Source of the DNA: Podarcis filfolensis
Lineage: Eukaryota
DNA: 64,000 nucleotides
Direction: 5' to 3' (one strand)
NCBI GenBank assembly: GCA_964270895.1
Contig: OZ185441.1
In this document: piece by piece, positions 24,656-37,188 of the stretch
Numbering within the stretch: position 1 is the first letter of the stretch
Layout of the letters: every line of letters begins with the position of its first letter
Notes under the pieces: generated by a model
Database searches by the model: none
The model's input: only the letters and a program-made list of their open reading frames with translations
What the model was told of the DNA's origin: nothing
Made by a program: the position numbers and the translations under genes

Positions 24656-27067
24656 ATGGCAACAGCAAAGTATCCTCAAGCTTGCAAAAGGAGAGTTTTC
24701 TTTTTATTTCTGTTTGCTAACATCTGCCAAGCCATCACCAGACAGATCCAGTACTCCATTCCTGAAGAAACTGAGAGAGGCTTTTTGGTGGGGAATATTG
24801 CGAGGGATCTTGGACTGGATGCAAAGGAGCTCTCAGATCGTGGAATTCGCATTGTTTCCCCAGGTAGGACTCAGTATTTTGCTTTGAATTATAAGAGTGG
24901 CCATTTGCACACCACAAAGAGAATAGACAGAGAGGAGATCTGTGGTCAGGAAGAGAAATGTATTTTGAATTTTGAGATTATAGTTGAAGATTCAATGAAA
25001 ATTTATGGAGTTGAAGTGGAAGTCACAGATATCAATGACCATGCGCCCACCTTCCCGTCAGAGAAATTAGTGATAAATATCAGCGAGAATGCAGCTTTGG
25101 GGTCCCAGTTTCCCCTCTTGGAAGCTCAAGATCCTGACTTAGGAAACAATTCTCTACAGGGGTACAAACTCAGCAACAATAGCCATTTTTCTTTGATTCT
25201 CCAAACATCAGTTAAGGGCAAACAATATGGAAAAATTGTGTTGGAAAGACCTCTGGACCATGAAAAAGAAGCAGTTCATAATCTTATCATTACCGCATAT
25301 GATGGTGGTGATCCAGTCAGAAGTGGCACTGCACAGCTGCACATTACAGTCCTGGATGTGAATGACAATGCACCAGTTTTTAGCCAACGCATTTATGAAG
25401 TGAGCGCAAGGGAGGATTTACCTATAGGAACCATTGTGGTTACATTAAAAGCTACTGATTTGGATGAAGGGACCAACAAAGAAATGACATTTTCATTTGC
25501 AAAAACCACGGAAAAGATTTCCCAGATATTTCACTTAGATACACACACAGGTGAGATAACTCTCATAGGAAGCTTAGACTACGAAGACTCTGCTCTTTAT
25601 GAAATGGAGGTCCAAGTCCATGATAGTGGAGGTCTATTTGACACTTCAACTGTCATAGTATTTGTTACTGATGTAAATGACAATGCACCCAAACTGGAAA
25701 TAACTTCACTTATCAGCTCCATCCCTGAGAACTCTCCACCAGCGACTGCAATAGCCCTTTTGAATGTGCAAGATGAGGATTCGGCAGAGAATGCAGAAGT
25801 CACATGCTCTATCCCCAGCAACCTCCCCTTTCTACTGACAAAAGCCTATGGCAACTACTACAGTTTGGTGACAGCAAGAGCCCTGGACAGAGAGCAGGTG
25901 GCAGCCTACAACATCACTGTTACAGTCACGGATCACGGGACCCCTCCACTTTCCACATCAATTATTATTCCACTTGAGATTTTAGACACAAACGACAACC
26001 CTCCACACTTCCTGCAATCCATTTATACTTCTTATTTAATGGAGAACAACCCAAGAGGGGCCTCCATATTTTCCCTGAAGGCTGATGATCCAGACTGTGG
26101 AGAGAACTCCAGAGTCACTTATTCCATCATTGAGCACAACATCAGTGACTCCCCAGTATCTTCCTTCCTCTCCATTAACTCTGAGACTGGGATTGTCTAT
26201 GGCCTGATCTCTTTTGATTATGAAGAGATGAGGGAGATTAAGTTCCTGGTCAAGGCCCAGGATGGAGGTTCTCCACCACTCAGCTCCAGCGTCTCAGTCA
26301 CTCTCTTCATCCTGGACCAGAATGACAATGCTCCCCAAATCCTTTACCCTTCCCCTCCCACTGACGGCTCCACAGGGATAGAGCTGGCCCCTCGCTCCTC
26401 TGAGCCAGGCTACCTGGTCACTAAGGTGGTGGCCGTGGATGCAGACTCTGGCCAGAATGCCTGGCTCTCCTACCAGCTGATCAAAGCCACCGAGCCAGGG
26501 CTCTTCACTCTGGGGCTCCACACGGGAGAGATCAGGACCGCCCGCTTCTTTCTGGAGAAAGATGCCCTCAAGCAAAGCCTGGTGGTTTTAGTGAAGGACA
26601 ATGGGCAGCCACCTCTCTCTGCTTCAGCCACTCTGACTGTGGTGCTGGCTGACGCCATCCCTGCAGTCCTCTCAGACCTGAGCAGCATCTCAGCTCCTGT
26701 AGAGCCTCCGTCTGACCTCACCTTCTACCTGGTCCTTGCAGTGGCTTTTGTCTCCTGCTTGTTCTTCATCTTCCTCCTTGTGTTACTGGCAGTTAAACTT
26801 CATAGGTGGAGATATTCACAGTCTGGAACTGAGAAGTTCAGTGGAGTTCCAGTTTCCCAGTTTGTGGGGATTGACGGAGTCCGAGCATTTCTGCACTCCT
26901 ACTGCCAGGAGGTTTCTCTCACTACAGACTCTAGGAAGAGCAATTTCGGATTTCCCAAGGGAAATATTTCCAATACTATGACCAGTCACCAGCCCTGTGA
27001 GATAAATGATCCCTTTCTCATTGCTGAAGAGATTGCAAACAGTAATGGGGATTCAGCCAATATACAG
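24656..27067 (+). CDS. Protocadherin gamma-A-like variable exon
   Basis: ATG at 24656 (MATAKYPQ...). Six cadherin repeats, [19 protein letters not shown], and the gamma-A hallmark tail [28 protein letters not shown]. Donor CAG|GTGAAG at 27068 after 804 codons, phase 0. Confidence 0.92.
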
Positions 27068-28293
27068 GTGAAGTCTTGCTATCAAATCAAAGGTTTTTCG
27101 CTTTATATTTTCAGTTAGACGTTAATGCCGTTTATATTATTTGTTTTGCACTTGTTCTGAAGAAATGGAACTGGAGACATATTCTCTCATTTATACTTGT
27201 TCTCCTCAGATAAAATGAGGTTTGGGAGTTCACATAGTTCACTTTTTGTATATGTGGTTGTTTCTGTCACAAGCAAATGCATGTAGAAATAGGAGAATTG
27301 TAAACAGCTTGTCCCACAAGAGCTTAAGCGCTTAAAGAGCAACCATGAGACAAATATTTGAGATATTCATATATTTTCTTGTTCAGCAATTTTTGCATGA
27401 TTGTGATGGTTATCTTGTTTTATTTGAATGCTTCTTTCGGAGCTTCTTTCTTGACCTTCTTGCCTCTTAGAAAGGTTATTTAGTTCTCAAAGAATAGTAT
27501 CTGTGGGAAATCCAGGCTTCCCAAAATATTTGAACTTTGATTTACTGCCCTCTAATTCTGTGTCTGAAATAGTATATGTCTTTACTCATTGGATAAATCA
27601 GTTGTGTGTTTACTAAACAGGGTCAATAATCTATCTAATTAGTATTATCCAGCCTTATGAGCAGTAGGTAACAGCTCAGGTGTTTCTCAGCCTAGTTTTG
27701 TTAGATGTTTTAAAAAACTTGAGATACCAGGAATTAAACCTGTATACTAAGTAAGAACTCATCTAGTTTATTGGCCAAGTATGTGAGCTGAAAGGCATGA
27801 AATTTGTAATTTGAATTTTGGCTCTTTTTGGTGACATTAAATGATTTATTGCATTTAAAAATGGAAATAGATCCCTTGGATGGGGCAGCAAGAGCAGGGC
27901 TGCAAGAAAAATCCTACCCACTTCGTTATTTGCACTGAGAAGAAGAAGAATGGTCCCATTGATACTGTCTCTGCACCCGTGGTCATGATCCTGCTCCCCC
28001 AGTGACATCTATTTCCATTAAGAATGCATTCTCATTCAATGTAATAAAACATTTAAAGCCACATATACTTTTGCCCTCATCAGGCATGTCACTTTTTCTC
28101 ATTCTCAGCTGCAAATCTGTAATACCGGTGCAATAAATAACACTGGCCTAGCACTCAGAAGTGCCATATAATGGCCAAGTATTGTCTCTGCCAGTGGGGA
28201 ATGGCTTCCTGCCCTTTCCCTTCCCTTGGTTCAGTCTCCCAGAATTTCATCATATAGAAAACAATGGTGTGTTAAATATTAGTGTAGTAGGAT

Positions 28294-28641
28294 TTTGTTG
28301 TTGTTGTTGTTTGGTCGTTTAGTCGTGTCCGACTCTTTGTGACCCCATGGACCAGAGCACGCCAGGCACTCCTGTCTTCCCCTGCCTCCCGCAGTTTGGT
28401 CAAACTCATGCCGGTAGCTTCGAGAACACCATCCAACCATCTCATCCTCTGTCGTCCCCTTCTCCTTGTGCCCTCCATCTTTCCCAACATCAGGGTCTTT
28501 TCCATGGAGTCTTCTCTTCTCATGAGGTGGCCAAAGTACTGGAGCCTCCGCTTCACAATCTGTCCTTCCAGTGATCACTCAGGGCTGATTTCCTTCACAA
28601 TGGATAGGTTTGATCTTCTTGCAGTCCATGGGACTCTCAAG
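28294..28641 (-). mobile_element. BovB (RTE) LINE, 5'-truncated
   Basis: The minus-strand frame reads RLQYFGHLMRREDSMEKTLMLGKMEGTRRRGRQRMRWLDG..WRALVHGVTKSRTRL, the BovB ORF C-terminus. (CAA)n tail; target-site duplication AGTAGGAT at 28286-28293 and 28640-28647. Confidence 0.92.
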
Positions 28642-30532
28642 TAGGATATTATAACAAGGCAAATTTATTTCACATTTTGAGCAATAATATTTGGCATCAT
28701 CTGAGAGTCTAAAGAGGTCAGACAGGTATTTTAATAAGCCAGTGATGATACACAAAGCAATCCAACCCCCATTTCCACTGAGCCAGGGAACGGAGTTGGA
28801 TTAGGCAGAGAGGTCCCCCTGCCTGGCTCTCTCAGCTCAGCTGACATCACCTTCTACCTGCTGGATGTGCAGGAGCCAATGGAGAGCCCCAAATGGGGCA
28901 TTCTGAGGGCAGGGACATGGCTGAGGTGGCCCAGTAACTGCTGTATCCTGAGCCAGTCTTGCTGCAGTCATGCAACAGACTCGGACCAGGTCATTCTGGA
29001 TCCCCATATTCTGCCATGGCTAATGTGAACAGCAGGGCTGTGGATCTGGCAGTGGCCACATAACTCTGCAAAGTCCCAATGGTGGGAGGGGGGTAGTTTT
29101 GATGTGTGTCCTGCTATAGTTGCCTCCAGTTAGCTCAAGCCATATGTAATTGTATATTTATCATCCTTATATTTTGTATGATTTTTAAAAAAACTTTCTG
29201 CAATATGAATAAGAGAAGCTATGAGAGCAATGAAAATCTTTCAGTTCTGGATGGAGTTAGATAACTTTATAAAGAATGTCAGGCTTTTGTTGAATATGTC
29301 TGAACATGGCACAAGGCCCGTTTGCATTTCTATGATTTGTCTTAGGAGCAGCAAAGAGAGTTTCTTTGTTCGCTGAAATTGCATGGGGGTGCCACGCAGG
29401 ATTGTTTTAGCTGTTGACAGGAAGTTACAACTCAATCTATCCCCACCACCCAAAGCAAGCTACCTCCTAAAGACCACGGTGGCATATTTTCAATAAAACC
29501 TGCTAACAAAATTGCTCACATTGGTCCTATTTATACCTCAGAATCAGAAGATCTCCCTTCTAACACCTTAGACTGACAAATCTTTTATCACTCTGTCTCT
29601 TTTATCTGTTAACATTGGCAAGTCATTACCACTCCTTGAAGATTCGCCACTTTTTCCCTGAGAAAATGGAGGAAGGCTCTTCACTTGGAAGTATCACCAA
29701 GGATCAGCAACTACTGGTGATAAAGAAACTCTCAAACCATGAACTGTTTACCATGACAGGATTCAATTCTCTGCTTCAAATTAATGGCACAGTTTATTTG
29801 TGCAACACAGATATGTAATATGGTGGGGGAACGTTAAATATACTGGTTATAACTGTACACAAGTATATATATTAACAATGTCACCATATTACCAATAAAA
29901 AGTGGACATGAGTATCATCTTCATGTAAGCAAAACTACAGTCCCAGATGCAATCTTAATTTTCACAGTACTATCTAAAAAGCCACTGAAGGTAGCTCTAG
30001 CCTCTGTGTTCCTCTGCTGTCTTCTGACCCCTTTGCTGAAGACCTTGGAGAGAGCCACTGGCCTCCTCTGGGAGCTGCAGCCTCCTCAGTCAAAGTCCTA
30101 GTGCATGAAGAAGCTACACCCATTATTGACAAGGAAGGCAAAAGAGGAATCTTCCTTTGAATATGTCTGCAAAACTCTAACTGCCATCTCTGCCCACATC
30201 TACCATGAACTGAGGTTACTGAGAAGAGTAGCAGGGAAAAGAGAGCCCATACTTCACTTTGTTGCTGAAGGGAACTGAGTGAAGCGGGGGGAAATTATCC
30301 AAAAGTTTATCCACGCCTAGTATCTCAAAGGGCCTTCGATTGCATTTAAAAAGGGATAGTTTGTGCTTCTTTTGTATGTATGTGTAAGGGGAAGAATGAA
30401 AATCTGCCAGAGGTACCAATTCCATTGTGAAAGGGAGCTGGATTGAGGCCTTTAAGAAAATAAAGGAAATCCATTTGTAACCAAACATTATGAGTGTAGT
30501 TACAGGTAGATAGCTGTATTGGTCTGCCATAG

Positions 30533-30562
<30 letters not shown>

Positions 30563-30563
<1 letters not shown>

Positions 30564-30665
30564 TTCCAGTAGCACCTTAGAGACCAATTAAGTTGGTTAC
30601 TGGTATGAGCTTTCGTGTGCATGCACATGAAAGCTCATATCAATAACAAACTTAGTTGGTCTCTA
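30563..30665. mobile_element. Penelope-like terminal relic forming an 88-bp palindrome
   Basis: Imperfect inverted repeat at 30578-30665 centred on TGTGCA|TGCACA, with GAAAGCTC on both strands, next to an A27 run (30534-30560). The Penelope assignment is inferred from motif similarity. Confidence 0.55.
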
Positions 30666-30911
30666 TTATGAGTGTAGTTTATTTTATTTTTGTTTTATTT
30701 ATATTGCTGTTTCGGACCACCCTGGAAGCCTTTGTTGCTGAAGGTGTGGACAATAAAAGTAATAAGTAATAAATATGCTAAACAAAGGTGAAACAAGGAA
30801 AAGTTTTTCAAATGCCCCACTTGCAGTTGGCTGAAGAGAAAGTTCACATTGTAGAAACATGTGCATTCTTTCAGTTCCATCTTTCTATGCTATGGTGAAC
30901 ATGGTTTTCCT

Positions 30912-30951
30912 TGCAGTTCCTTGAGTGGTCCTCTAAGTGTCAGTGTTGGCC
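30912..30951 (+). promoter_or_regulatory. Pcdh CSE / CTCF site (CAGT variant)
   Basis: TGCAG at 30912; CAGT at 30941 (29 bp); identical to the 2186 and 13532 sites. Confidence 0.75.
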
Positions 30952-31224
30952 AGTATGAGAGCCAGAGAGAGGATAGAGATTCAGTGATGCTTCCTAGACT
31001 GCAGTAACTCCCATCCCTGCTATTCAGATCAGGCCAACTGAAGAGCACAGAGACAGGGAACTCTTGCAGAGAAGGAAAAATCTCTTTTGCTTTGCACACA
31101 TATGAGAACAAGGGCAGTTTATATTTCCTCAGTGATACCTCATGTTGTTTCCTTCATCACTGTGAGAGCTTGAGCATAGGAAACTGAGAAAAGGAAGCAG
31201 CCTGTTTTTGAGAGAACCAGCCAG

Positions 31225-33645
31225 ATGGAGAGAAGGCACCCAGGGAATGGCAGGGCGCTCACAAGGCAAGTACTGCTTCTCTCTCTATTGTCTTTTACCT
31301 GTTGGGCTGCATCAGAGCAGATTCATTATTCAACCCCTGAGGAGATGGCAAAGGGTTCTGTTGTGGGGAACCTCGCCAAGGACCTGGGACTGAGCGCCAA
31401 AGAACTAAAACATCGCAATCTGCACACTGTGTCTGTGGCTAAAATGCAGCATTTCAGTATCAATGCAGAGAATGGAAACCTCTATGTAAATGATAGAATT
31501 GATAGGGAGGGGATATGTGGCAAAAATCCACTTTGCTTTGTTCAGTTTGAAGTTGTGGTAGAAAACCCGCTGAATGTTTTCCATGTCACAGTAGAAATCC
31601 AGGATGTTAATGATAATGCACCCCAGTTCCTGAATAGCAATATCGATTTAGAGATCCTTGAATCCACTCTGCTAGGTACACAGTTTCTCCTTGGGAAAGC
31701 GGAAGATCCTGACATTGGGATGAACTCTCTCCAGGATTACCAGCTGAGCTCCAACCAGTACTTCACCTTGGAAGTTAGAGAGAGAAAAGATGGAAATAGT
31801 TATGCAGAATTAGTGCTAAATAAACCACTGGATCGGGAAAATGAACAGACCCTTCACTTAATCCTTACAGCCTTGGATGGGGGTCAGCCTAGGAAAACTG
31901 GAAAAGCCCAGATACGGATTAATGTTACTGATGTCAATGACAACCGACCTGTTTTCACTCAAGAGGTGTACAAGGTCAGTTTGAGGGAGAATACTCCCCT
32001 TGGATCTCCTGTGCTTCAGGTTTCAGCCTCAGATAAAGATGAAGGTACAAATGCCCAAATCAGGTATCATTTCAGCAATATACCAGCAAATGTCCAATTG
32101 AAATTCAGACTGGATCCAATCAACGGTACAATCACTCTTATAGATCCGTTGGACTTTGAGGAAACTGAAAAATATACAATGATGGTTACAGCAAAAGATG
32201 GTGGCGGATTGTTGACACATTGCAATATTGAAATAACTGTGCTTGATGAGAATGATAATGCCCCGGATGTGACCTTAGCCTCCATGTTCAGCCCCGTTCC
32301 TGAAGATTCGCTGCCGGGAACTGTCATTGCTCTGATCAATGTAAATGACAAAGATAGTGGAGATAATGGAAAAGTTACTTGCTACTTACAAGACGATTTA
32401 CCCTTTAAAATTCTTCCCTCATCCAACAATTACTTCAAGCTCCAGACAGATAGTCTCCTGGACAGAGAAATTATTCCTGCATATAATATTACAATCATAG
32501 CAATTGATAAAGGAACTCCACCTCTTTCCACACACAAAACAATCTCACTACAGATCTCAGATATCAATGATAATGCCCCTGCTTTTCAGAGATCAACCTA
32601 CAGCATCTATGTGCCAGAAAACAATCCTTCAGGTGCCTCCATTTTCACCATCAAAGCCTCTGATCCCGATATGGATCAGAACTCACGGATCACATACTCC
32701 ATCCTCAACAGCAACATCGAGGAGCTTCCCATCTCCTCCTATATCTCCATTAATTCAGAGACCGGCACCATCTATGCCCAGAGATCCTTTGACTATGAAC
32801 AATTCAGAGAGTTCTGGCTGCAAGTGAAGGCCCAAGATGGGGGTTCTCCCCCTCTCAGCAGCAATGTGACCGTCAGAGTGTTTGTTCTTGACAGGAATGA
32901 TAACAGCCCTCGTATCCTGTCCCCCTCACAAGAAGCCAAGGGCTCAGCCTTGTTTGAGATGGTGCCTCGTTCGGCCGAGGCAGATTATCTTGTCACCAAG
33001 GTGGTGGCCGTGGATGCAGATTCTGGACACAACGCCTGGCTCTCCTACCACCTGACTCAGGCCACTGAGCCAGCACTCTTCACGGTTGGTTCTCATACTG
33101 GAGAGATCAGGACAGCCAGGGCCTTTGTGGAGAGAGACGCTGTGAAACAGAGACTGGTCATTATGGTGAAGGATAACGGGCAGCCGTCTCTCTCGGCCAC
33201 CATGACTCTGAACCTGGTGTTTGCTGAGAACTTCCAGGAGGCCCTTCCGGAAATGAAGAGCCAACCCAGCAGCTCGGAGTATCAGTCTGACCTGCAGTTC
33301 TACTTGGTGCTGGCCTTAGCTGTGATCTCCTTCTTGTTCCTCTTGACTGTGATTCTGGCCGTTACAATGAAGCTCCGTCAGTCAGGGCATCCCAGGTTCC
33401 TACAGTGCTTTGGTCCTGTTCCCCATTCCAAGAATGGTGCCATCTTCCCACCCAACTTTGAAGATGGGACTTTGCCCTATTCCTACCAGCTGTGTCTGTC
33501 TTCTGAGTCCAGGAAGAATGAGTTTACCTTCCTGACACCAAATATACAGATTGCAGAGAATATTCTTAGCAGTGAAAAACCTGCTGTGCCTTTTACAGGC
33601 AATGGAGGAAGCAATTTAATTTCTGAGATGGCAAGTGATGATAAG
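31225..33645 (+). CDS. Protocadherin gamma-B-like variable exon (B1-type, copy 3)
   Basis: Paralog of the 2498 and 13843 exons. Donor AAG|GTAGGG at 33646 after 807 codons, phase 0. Confidence 0.93.
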
Positions 33646-34960
33646 GTAGGGTTTATTCCAGAATATTTTTCATTGCACGCTGCATGATCTTTTACCATAA
33701 CTGACACTGAAACATTATATGGAGGAGAATTCATTTTCTCTGACATATATGTTTACTGAAATATGAGTTATTTAAATCTGGAAAGCAGTAGCTCAGCCTT
33801 ATTTATTGGGCCCCTCATGAACCGTCTACTGATTTATGCATGATAAAAGAGTAAAGTTTACAGTGTCAAGGCAAAAATATCTAAGCATTGGATCCAAGTA
33901 GCTTTGCTTTACTCAGTTGGACTACTAAACCAGTTCTGTGGTATTTATGACGTTGGAAGTTAACAGTAGGATCCCATGCATGTCTACTCAAAAGGAACTC
34001 CAGGTGAAGTGAACATGTATAAGACTGCAGTCTCAGTGTCTTGGACTTTCAAAGTAATGATGTCCGTAAGGAGTAGCTTTATTGAGGTTTCCAGAAGTAG
34101 TGTGCAGAAGTGCTGAATGATTTAAGAATAATTATATTTAGGATGCATCTGTCTGCAAGCTTCTTGCTTGCTTCCACTCCTCTTTCCTGCCATATCCTCA
34201 GGTGCACACAAATGGCAATGTGCTGGCCATCATTTTATGTGTGGCTTTGCCTTCTCCTGCCCTCTCTCTTCTCCCATCACCCAGCCTTCAAATTAGCTAA
34301 GCTCTATAGAGCAGCTAGTTGTAAGCTGGAGCTCTGGGGGCTGGAAAAGTAAAGGGGAAGTTTTTCAGGGATTCCCATCAAAAGTAATGGCCAGCATGCT
34401 GCTTTAGTTGCAAACTGGCCATTTCTTTCTTCATTTGCAGTTGCTTCCTCATTTGGGGTAAGAGTTGGGCTTTGCCATTTTTCAGTGTTGTAGGGCCAAG
34501 CTGATCTCTTAAATACTATTTATTAGGACAGTTGGGGAACCCTCCAGAGCAGATGAAGGACTGCAGGGAGGGGAGAGGAGAAGAAACATAAGCATTGGAT
34601 GCAACCCAAACATATTTGTTATGGTATAAACTTTAGTGGACTCAAGTCATTGGGACTGAAAATATTCGATGAAGAGTGTGCTATAAATACTGTAAATCAA
34701 AATAAGGCTAAATGTAAGAGTGAGAACAAAAACTACACATTGTGATTCCATTTTCTGATACATCTCATCTATACCGGAAGTTCTATTTATGGCATACTGC
34801 CATTAAATTATAATTTTGTTTTACAATTTTTCATTCTATTGCCATTCTTCTATTTGTACTTTGTCAACTATTCTTCTCCTTGAAATACTCAGTCCACCTG
34901 ATCTATCTCTGTTCCATTCATTTGTTTCTTGTGGTCCTCTTATCATTTTTTTATCTTCCT

Positions 34961-35110
34961 GGGTTGCCATATTTTGAACAGAAAAAAGAGGACACATTTA
35001 CTAACCTCTACTTTTAACTAATGTTTTAATGTATGTAAAATGACGACTCTCATTTTACATACCCATGAAAAAGAGGACATGTCCTGGCAAAAGAGGACAT
35101 ATGGCAACCC
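34961..35110. mobile_element. Degenerate hAT-like MITE
   Basis: Terminal inverted repeat GGGTTGCCATAT ... ATATGGCAACCC with internal AAAAGAGGACA repeats; no clear TSD. Confidence 0.5.
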
Positions 35111-36089
35111 TATGACATGGATTCAATTTTATTTCTTTTATTTCTTTGTTGCATCCTCCTAGGTTTCTGTGTAGACCATCTACAACTGTTTCCTTTTAAA
35201 GCCTGTCTTTAAAACCCTGCGCAAACCGGTCATTTGGTTGGATTTGCAATTGTTCTCCAGATGCGTTCCAGACTTACTGTAGTAATTTTTGCATACAACA
35301 TGAATGCACTATGACAAAACTTAGCATTTTTATGGCAGCAAAATATCAGGTCACATGATTACTACACCCATCCTATTCCGGGAATCAGAGGCAACATCAA
35401 ACCAATGAAACCACCATCTCTTCCCAATCCTGGCCATTCTCTCATAGCAGATACTTAAGAGCATTTAACATAAACGTGTTGCCCCTAAACACACTTTCAG
35501 AGTTGTAATCTAAAAATGCTCTCTTATACATTCCTTCTGTGTGTTACTTGTAATGAGGATCTTAATTTATCAGTGCTTATGAGTAATGAAGTAGGATTAA
35601 CTGATTAACTAACCAGAAGCAGCAGGTTATATGGTGCAAACATAGGTTTCTGTGTTTTTAGGAGATGTGTATATAAGGGAGTATTGTGGCCTGAGAGGGT
35701 CTCTTTCCTCTCACAATTCCACCCCTCCTGATCAACAAGAGAATGAATTCCATGCAATGTATCTGGGCCACTCTTATTTCAGTGTTGCTCCCACCAGTGT
35801 TCCCCCACCGAATCAAAATATCATATTGTTGGAAAGAGAAAGAGAAAGCAAACTAATCTAAGGCAATGTACCCCAGACTTAAAGACTCCTTAATAGATTG
35901 TTTTATAACTTTTTTCATGAAAATATCCAAAGAATGATACGGCACAATGTTCTATACAATGTCTGAATTGCTCCTACAACTGGACATGTTCACCATAAAT
36001 CTCTCTTCTGGTGCTGAACCTTCTTTTTTTCTAACATAGTTTTGAAATTTGACTTTGTTTCCTCTCTCTATCTTTGTTTCTCTAAGTTA

Positions 36090-36292
36090 GCACAGACAGT
36101 GCCATCATCTGCTCCTCCGTCTGACCTCACCTTCTACCTGGTCCTTACAGTGGCTTTTGTCTCCTGCTTCTTCCTCATCTTCCTCCTTGTGTTACTGGCC
36201 ATCAGGTTGCACAGATGGAGAAATTCTCAGCTGGTTGAGTCGGGGAGTGTGAATTTCAGTGGCCCTCCCATCTCACAGTTTGTGGGGACCAA
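36090..36292 (+). pseudogene. Isolated gamma-A-like TM/juxtamembrane fragment
   Basis: Reads [34 protein letters not shown]...PISQFVG. About 84 nt from 36116 match 26707-26790 with 3 mismatches. No ectodomain sequence lies nearby. Confidence 0.8.
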
Positions 36293-36517
36293 TGCATTGG
36301 TGATAGATGTAGTATAAATGTTTTCAACTTTGCCATATTGGCAAGCTGTTGTATCCTCTGCATATGCATCTCCATGTCTAATTGTTAGCGGCACATTTCC
36401 TCCTTTATTTGGAAAATGCACTGAAACATTGTTGTGAGTAGTCAAAGTCAAAATAATCTACTGGTCTTGAGGGAAGAGTTTCAGAAAACTGTCCATTGGC
36501 ATCAAACATTTCAGGTA

Positions 36518-36759
36518 CAGTGGTACCTCGGGTTAAGTACTTAATTCGTTCCAGAGGTCCGTTCTTAACCTGAAACTGTTCTTAACCTGAAGCACCACTT
36601 TAGCTAATGGGGCCTCCTGCTGCTGCCGTGCCGCCGGAGCACAATTTCTGTTCTCATCCTGAAGCAAAGTTCTTAACCCGAGGTACTATTTCTGGGTTAG
36701 CAGAGTCTGTAACCTGAAGCGTATGTAACCTGAAGCGTATGTAACCCGAGGTACCACTG
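36518..36759. mobile_element. Tc1/mariner-type MITE (242 bp)
   Basis: Perfect 18-bp TIR CAGTGGTACCTCGGGTTA, TA target duplication at 36516-36517 and 36760-36761, and internal TAACCTGAA repeats. Confidence 0.92.
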
Positions 36760-37188
36760 TACAAGAATCCTATGAACACAGACCATCTTTACGGGACTGA
36801 ATCTACAAAAAAATGATCCTTTCCTGTTTTTTAAAAAAAATAAGGAATGTTAAAAGTGTGGATATATTTTTTTTAAACAATTGTTATTTCAAAAAAGAAG
36901 GGAATATAAGGGATGAAATCCAGAACTTTCATCTAAGTAAAATATAATATTTTATATATATAAAGTTATTTTCTTGCAAATGGCCTGTGAGGGATATTTT
37001 GTTGAAAACATTAAAAGTCCGAAGGGGTTGTACACATCCATCAATATGGTCAAGAACTTAGTACTGCAATACATAACACAATTGCTTTTAGTCACTAAAT
37101 GTTGCTTTCATAGTATTAAAATGTTTTTTTATGGAGAGGGAAAGCATATATTTCAGTTCTTCCGGTTTATTCTTAGAGCTGATTCACT

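Noticed and set aside
28835-28875. GCTGACATCACCTTCTACCTGCTGG (DITFYLL), resembling a Pcdh TM entry
   Set aside because: A match of about 25 nt with no flanking Pcdh similarity is too short to call a third relic.
30826-30870. CTGAAGA...GAAAC as a complete hammerhead
   Set aside because: The intervening bases cannot form stem II.
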